Below are positions 58,810-64,000 of a DNA stretch of 64,000 nt, piece by piece. Under the pieces are notes generated by a model. The model searched no databases and was not told where the DNA came from. It worked only from the letters and a program-made list of their open reading frames with translations. Numbering within the stretch: position 1 is the stretch's first letter; each line of letters begins with the position of its first letter. Source of the DNA: Orbicella franksi (lineage: Eukaryota); assembly GCA_964199315.1 (NCBI GenBank), contig OZ116708.1, positions 27,776,001 through 27,840,000 of the forward strand, in the 5' to 3' direction. The position numbers and the translations under genes were made by a program.

Positions 58810-59096
58810 ATGGGTTGTATGACAACTAGTGAAAATAGTTATGTAAAATAATACAAAGTATGTCACATGTGCATTCATAATCAAGATTATTTTCGTTAGA
58901 AATTATTAACTTAGAGACTAGATAGTAATTTGCAAGACATACAGGACAGTTTGTTGCATCTAAACAACAACAGTTGGTTTCAAAATTTGTTTCATTAATT
59001 ATCTAACATTATAGTGATTCATCAGTTAACATCCAGTGATTACCAGCAAACCTTTGCATTTCCATCAGTTGACAAAGGGTGTGTTTCTGTAAGCGT

Positions 59097-59299
59097 TTCT
59101 GTGAGAAAATCCAAGATTGGATTCTTAAATCTGAAAGAATCTGAGAACGGATTTCAGAGTGGATTCATTGGTTCCTTTGATGCACCATGATCAGAGAGAT
59201 GTTGGATTGATCTGTTTATTAAAGAAATGCAAAATCCGTTTTTCGGATTCTTTCAGATTTAAGAATCCAATCATGGATTTTCTTAAAGAAACGTACCCG
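59097..59299. mobile_element. MITE with long inverted arms
   Basis: GAAAATCCAAGATTGGATTCTTAAATCTGAAAGAATC / GATTCTTTCAGATTTAAGAATCCAATCATGGATTTTC. Confidence 0.7.
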
Positions 59300-59676
59300 A
59301 AGTCTCTGAAAGTCACACAAATGGACACAAATTTTTTACTTTGGTGACAAATCATTGCAAGTTTACTGGTGATTCATCCCAAGTTAGTGACTAATGAAAC
59401 ATGCTTTAACACAGGGTGTTACGGCGCAGCAAGTGACTGCGTAACAGTTAGGTATTGTTATAAAGTGATTATTGAGTAATCATCCATTCAATCTCAAATC
59501 AATACATCAAGTTGAAAAACAGAGCCTACCAACGGTATGTCAGCAGTTTGGGTATTGGTTTGGCTGATCAGAGATTCCAGGAAATTTCAATTCATGCTAC
59601 ACTGGAGTTTTTCTAGGCTTGATTTCCGCCACTCTTGGGTCCATGTGCCTCCCTGAGAAGAGGGAGCAGCTGGTAA

Positions 59677-59958
59677 CAGGGTTCGTACCCTTTTTCAGAA
59701 TCAAATTTCCAGGACTTTTCCAGGACTCGGATTGATTTTTCCAGGACTCTAAAATTCATATTAACCCTTTCACTCCCAAGATCTTAACGTTAATTCTCCT
59801 TACTGTCTGCCATACATTTCATATTTTTTTACTTTAGATTAACAGATTTCCAAAACTTTCCAGGACCAGTAGCCCTTTTCCAGGACTTTCCAGTCCTGGA
59901 AAATGCCACAATAAAATTCCAGGACTTTCCGGGTTTTCAAGGACCCGTACAAACTCTG
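59677..59958. mobile_element. MITE with 6-bp target-site duplication
   Basis: TGGTAA-CAGGGTTCGTAC ... GTACAAACTCTG-TGGTAA; internal TTTCCAGGAC repeats. Confidence 0.75.
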
Positions 59959-61065
59959 TGGTAATCGAGCCTAGAGTTTTTCGTACAGCTTGAATAAGGT
60001 TGATGTGAGATTCTAGATTGCATTGTTGGTACATGTACTTCAAAAACTGCTTGCACATAATTGAAACAAGGTCAACATCTCAGTAAGGACTCTCCTTCAA
60101 TCTGCCAGTATTTGCATGGCACTACTGGCACTTTATCAAATCATTACACATACAGCATACAGTACAGTGGAACCCCAGTATAATGAAGAGCCGAGCAAGT
60201 AGGAAAAAGTGTTTAATATTGCAGGTGTTTGTTGCAATAGGGGTCTGGTCCAGACACTTCACTGGTAGTACTTAACTTTGATCAGGCTAAATGAAACTGT
60301 TGAACCACGGACTTCATTGGATAGGGGTTCATTTTTTTCAGGGTTCCACCATACATTGTACGACAAAAATTGCATCATTTCATTTAACCTCCTCTGGGCA
60401 TCAGCAGAAAATTAATAAACACTCAATTATTAAGAAACACCAGACTACTTATTTACAAAGACCCTTTTAAATATAACTTTATTTTTCTAAATTATTGTGT
60501 AATTGCTATTTCAATTAAAACATAATTTAATTACAATACAACACAGTGTAATTGGCTCAAAACTTAAAGCAAATTGGAAGAGTATGGCTTGCTACAAAAA
60601 GGTTTCAAAGACTCGGCACTCTGTTGTCAACTATAGCAACTGATCTGTTTACCATGTCCATGTTTCGACAAACTTGTTTGTAGTGTCAACTTACCTATTT
60701 ACAAGACGGGTACTGATTAACAATACCCTGTCTCCCTTAACACCTTGTGCTGCTGAAAACTTGAAACAAAAAGTTTGAACATGTATAGTCTTTAAACAGC
60801 AGCAATCAAACACAATCCTGAAAATGCAGGTGACAGTAAAGGCAGATGTGCTCTGCCCAGTGAAATGCTCTTTCAAACCATTTCAACTTAGTCTCTTTGA
60901 TAAGGCAAATCACTTGCATGTAATTATGTTCCATTACGTCACTGCATTTTCAACTAGTTCTTTAGAGGCAATGTCACTTGAAGGCTCCTGGTGAAGATAT
61001 TGAAGAGTCGTGAATAAAATTCCCTTGAAAACAATGCCTAAATATGATTTTGGTGCCTTCCTATG

Positions 61066-63248
61066 TTACTGATATTGTGGTTGATAATCAAATTCTGATC
61101 CAGCTTGTGTTGACTGTGGCGTTGGGTTGAATGGTTTGGGTGGCAGTTGAGCAGGGTCCGGAGGTTGAGGCATCACTGAAAGACAAAGGAAGAAAAGTAA
61201 TCAAGATTATTCAAAACAATCAATCTCCAGGTGAGGGCACTTCCTCTCAGACCTCCTTCAAGTGTCTACTTTATATGTAAAGAGACCTTATGCCACACTA
61301 GTCATAAAAGAGATAAGTGAAGGTGAAGGTTGATTTGACAGGCACAAATGTACATTTATAGTCTTGACAGAAGTGTGAAACTGGACATTTAGTAAAGATA
61401 AACACAAACCTGGTTTAAACTGTTCAGCTGTCATTCTTGTGATACAGATTCCTACTCCTTCAATTAATGCCAACAAGATGGCTCCTACTGCCGCTGATCT
61501 AACAGCTGCTGAGGGTCCACCTACAGATGGTGAGAAACGTATCTTGTCATGTTTGGGAATATAGTGACTCCTTGGGACAACACTTCACTTCATAGTGTGA
61601 CAAGGAGTGCTACAGCATACTTCTCCTGTTGGACTTGATGCAAGTTCATTAAGGGTTATCCCTCAGCATTTTGTTACATTGTCTAAAATATTGCAAGTGC
61701 ATGTACCAATTTAGTTGGAGAGAGGCACTCTAAGAGAAAATTGCCTTGTCCAGGAGCACAGGCCAACAACATGACTAAGACTAGAAACTATTGGTTTGCT
61801 CCACTTCATAGTGTTGTGATTACTTTCATAGATGTTACACAATTATATGATCAACACATTACCTCTTGCGGCTAGCACAGCCCCTGTGATGGCGCCACTT
61901 CCAATTGAGTTCCATGGATCCTCTTTACCTCTTAATCCCATCAGACAGCAGTCGAAAGTAGAAAATAAACCTCCCCACACAGCAAAATTACCTGCAGTAA
62001 CAGATAACCACATTAAAGGCACCTGATAATAAGCTAAGAAGGACCATGCAACAAAACTGTGTAAGTTTAACACCTCCAGGTGAGGAAAGTTGAGAACGTT
62101 TCTAGTGCAGACTACATGTATATTATTGATTAGAGGTTCCTTTGGCAATAACACCCATGTGATTACGACACAGGTTCAGTAAGTTGATATAAACAATAAA
62201 CAATACACAAGATATATGATATCTGAAGAAATAAGCAGCAAATTAGATGAAAACACTTGCTGAGATCTTGACTATATCACAGGAATGTAATCTACCAGGA
62301 AATGTTTTGTTATGCAACAGTTGATGACCAGGGTTGTCATTTAGGGCCTTAACACAAAACACCTGTTACAGCTGACAGGGCTTCGATGATATGTGTAAAC
62401 TTATCTGCTGTTGATATAATTCACCTACAAAGTAACAACTTTGTTACGGATATGAAGATCAAGACAACAGGTGAGTCAAAACTAAATGACAACCCTGCCA
62501 ACAGAATCCAATCCTGCCTTTTTGTCAACTTTGAGAGAATGGTTAAAGGATAAAACAGAAACACTTACCTCCAAGAACAGGAGCCCTTGTTTTAACCGCT
62601 CCTATACTACCATAGAGTCTTTGTCCCTATAAGAAATACCACTTATTATCAGACCTCATATTAGCCAACCAATCAAATGCACCTACATAGACTGTACATG
62701 TAAGTGAGCATTGATAAGAGTCCAGCAGTACACCCGGTTACCAGGATGAGTGATTGTTGAGATTTAAGGAATGCAAACCCAGAACAGTGCGTAAATAAGT
62801 GCATTAACTTCTCCCACAAAAACTCAGTACATTTTCAGCGTACTTTAAATCGTGGAAGTTGGTCACTAACTACGATGAAAATTATGCCACTGACATCTTA
62901 TACAGTTGAACTGAAATATTTCATTAAAGATCTGCCGTATAACATTCCTATGGTTTTAAACGGCCTTAAGTATCACAGGTTATTCTACAAAACGGCAAAA
63001 GCAAGCAAAATGAAACTTACAGCCGGCGAATTTCTCCATCCTTTCACGAAGGAAAAGATTCCACCACCGATCGCGCCCATTGCGAACGCTCCTCCACAAT
63101 CATCCACAATGCGGTAAGGACTTGGAAAAAATCCATGAACAGAAATCAGTTATTGCAGCTTTAAAAAATACCTAGTTTTAAGAGATCCAGCTAATTTAAA
63201 CGGCAAGGAAACGTAAAATTACCAGGGCTCTCTCGCATATTCCTCCAT
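61066..63248 (-). CDS. TIMM17: Mitochondrial import inner membrane translocase subunit Tim17, 6 exons
   Basis: Exons 63248-63223 (MEEYAREP), 63120-63021 ([21 protein letters not shown]), 62626-62569, 61991-61863 ([43 protein letters not shown]), 61520-61410, 61175-61066 (Pro-rich tail, TAA). Confidence 0.96.
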
Positions 63249-63515
63249 CTTGTTTCACGCACGTTTTTATGCAGTTGTGACGCAATCGTTGCAAGTGAGT
63301 TTTATTTCGGTCTCTTATTGGCTTATTAGTTACAGCCAATCACGACGTCTAATAGAAAGCGTAACAAAGACAGCGCTGTGTGATGGGTAATGATGTCTTC
63401 AGCCAATCAAAATACAAGTATTCTCGCGCCAATTTCTTTGATTCCAATATGGCGACAGTTTTGCTGATGAATTTCTCTTACATTTCTTGTCGTTTTGTGC
63501 AGTAATCTCGCCAGT
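63249..63515. promoter_or_regulatory. Bidirectional promoter between TIMM17 and RAD18
   Basis: 267 bp between the two ATGs; CCAAT/ATTGG at 63317, 63336, 63403, 63429 and 63444; YY1-like CAATATGGCG at about 63445. Confidence 0.7.
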
Positions 63516-63772
63516 ATGTTGTCTTTTGTGGATGTGAAAACTTCCTCTGCTAAGTTGGCTGAGTGGAGTCCTTCAGACTGGCCAGAGTCACTACCAGAAA
63601 TGAGGGTAATTTGTTTATAGATAAGCTTATATCGACCATATCCTGCGTGAAATTTTAATAATTTCTGTGTTTAAAATTTTAATTTTTTAGACGATCGACA
63701 ATCTACTCAGATGTTCTATTTGCTACGAATTCTTTGATGTTGCAATGATAATTCCAGAGTGTTCTCATAATT
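63516..63772 (+). CDS. RAD18: E3 ubiquitin ligase RAD18, first two exons (gene continues beyond window)
   Basis: Exons 63516-63605 (MLSFVDVK...SDWPESLPEMR) and 63691-63772 (TIDNLLRCSICYEFFDVAMIIPECSHN) match the RAD18 RING start TIDDLLRCGICFEYFNIAMIIPQCSHN. Confidence 0.9.
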
Positions 63773-64000
63773 GTAAGTTCATTTTATTTAATAATGTCTC
63801 GGAAACGGACAGAAATGTTATCCTCCCAAGACAGAATGTTTCGTTATCATGTGGAGTTTGGAACGGAGATTTAACTGAATTGCGTCAGTTGTTCCTATGG
63901 AATCTCAGCTTGAAGCAAGTCCTACAAGTTCTTATTTTATTACTGTTGGGTTGATAACATTTTTATGTATACGAGACCCCATTCATAGGCTTAAATTATA

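Overview
Eukaryotic, AT-rich, intron-rich animal DNA. The repeat repertoire, glycine-rich ALK/LTK-like family and gene content suggest an anthozoan, probably a stony coral (inference). Genes read by hand from splice sites: (1) IFT122 on the minus strand, 46 coding exons from ATG 20665 down to 1115, with the C-terminus outside the window; it has two U12-type introns and one GC-AG intron. (2) A divergent but intact second copy of IFT122 coding exons 1-3 (23571-22322) upstream of the canonical start. (3) An orphan 261-291 aa ORF with SxIP-type motifs and a C-terminal coiled coil. (4) A glycine-rich ALK/LTK-like pseudogene. (5) An intronless class A GPCR. (6) A 791 aa two-domain creatine kinase with an MGCGGS acylation N-terminus and both catalytic domains in one 2.25 kb exon. 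(7) A quinone-oxidoreductase-like 2 gene with 13 exons, one of 14 nt. (8) TIMM17 and the start of RAD18, head-to-head. Many MITEs, SINE/LINE fragments and microsatellites are also present. No rRNA, tRNA gene or CRISPR array was recognised. The best leads are the duplicated IFT122 N-terminal cassette, the two-domain acylated CK and the SxIP orphan. No alignments or database searches could be run; homology calls rest on remembered family sequences.
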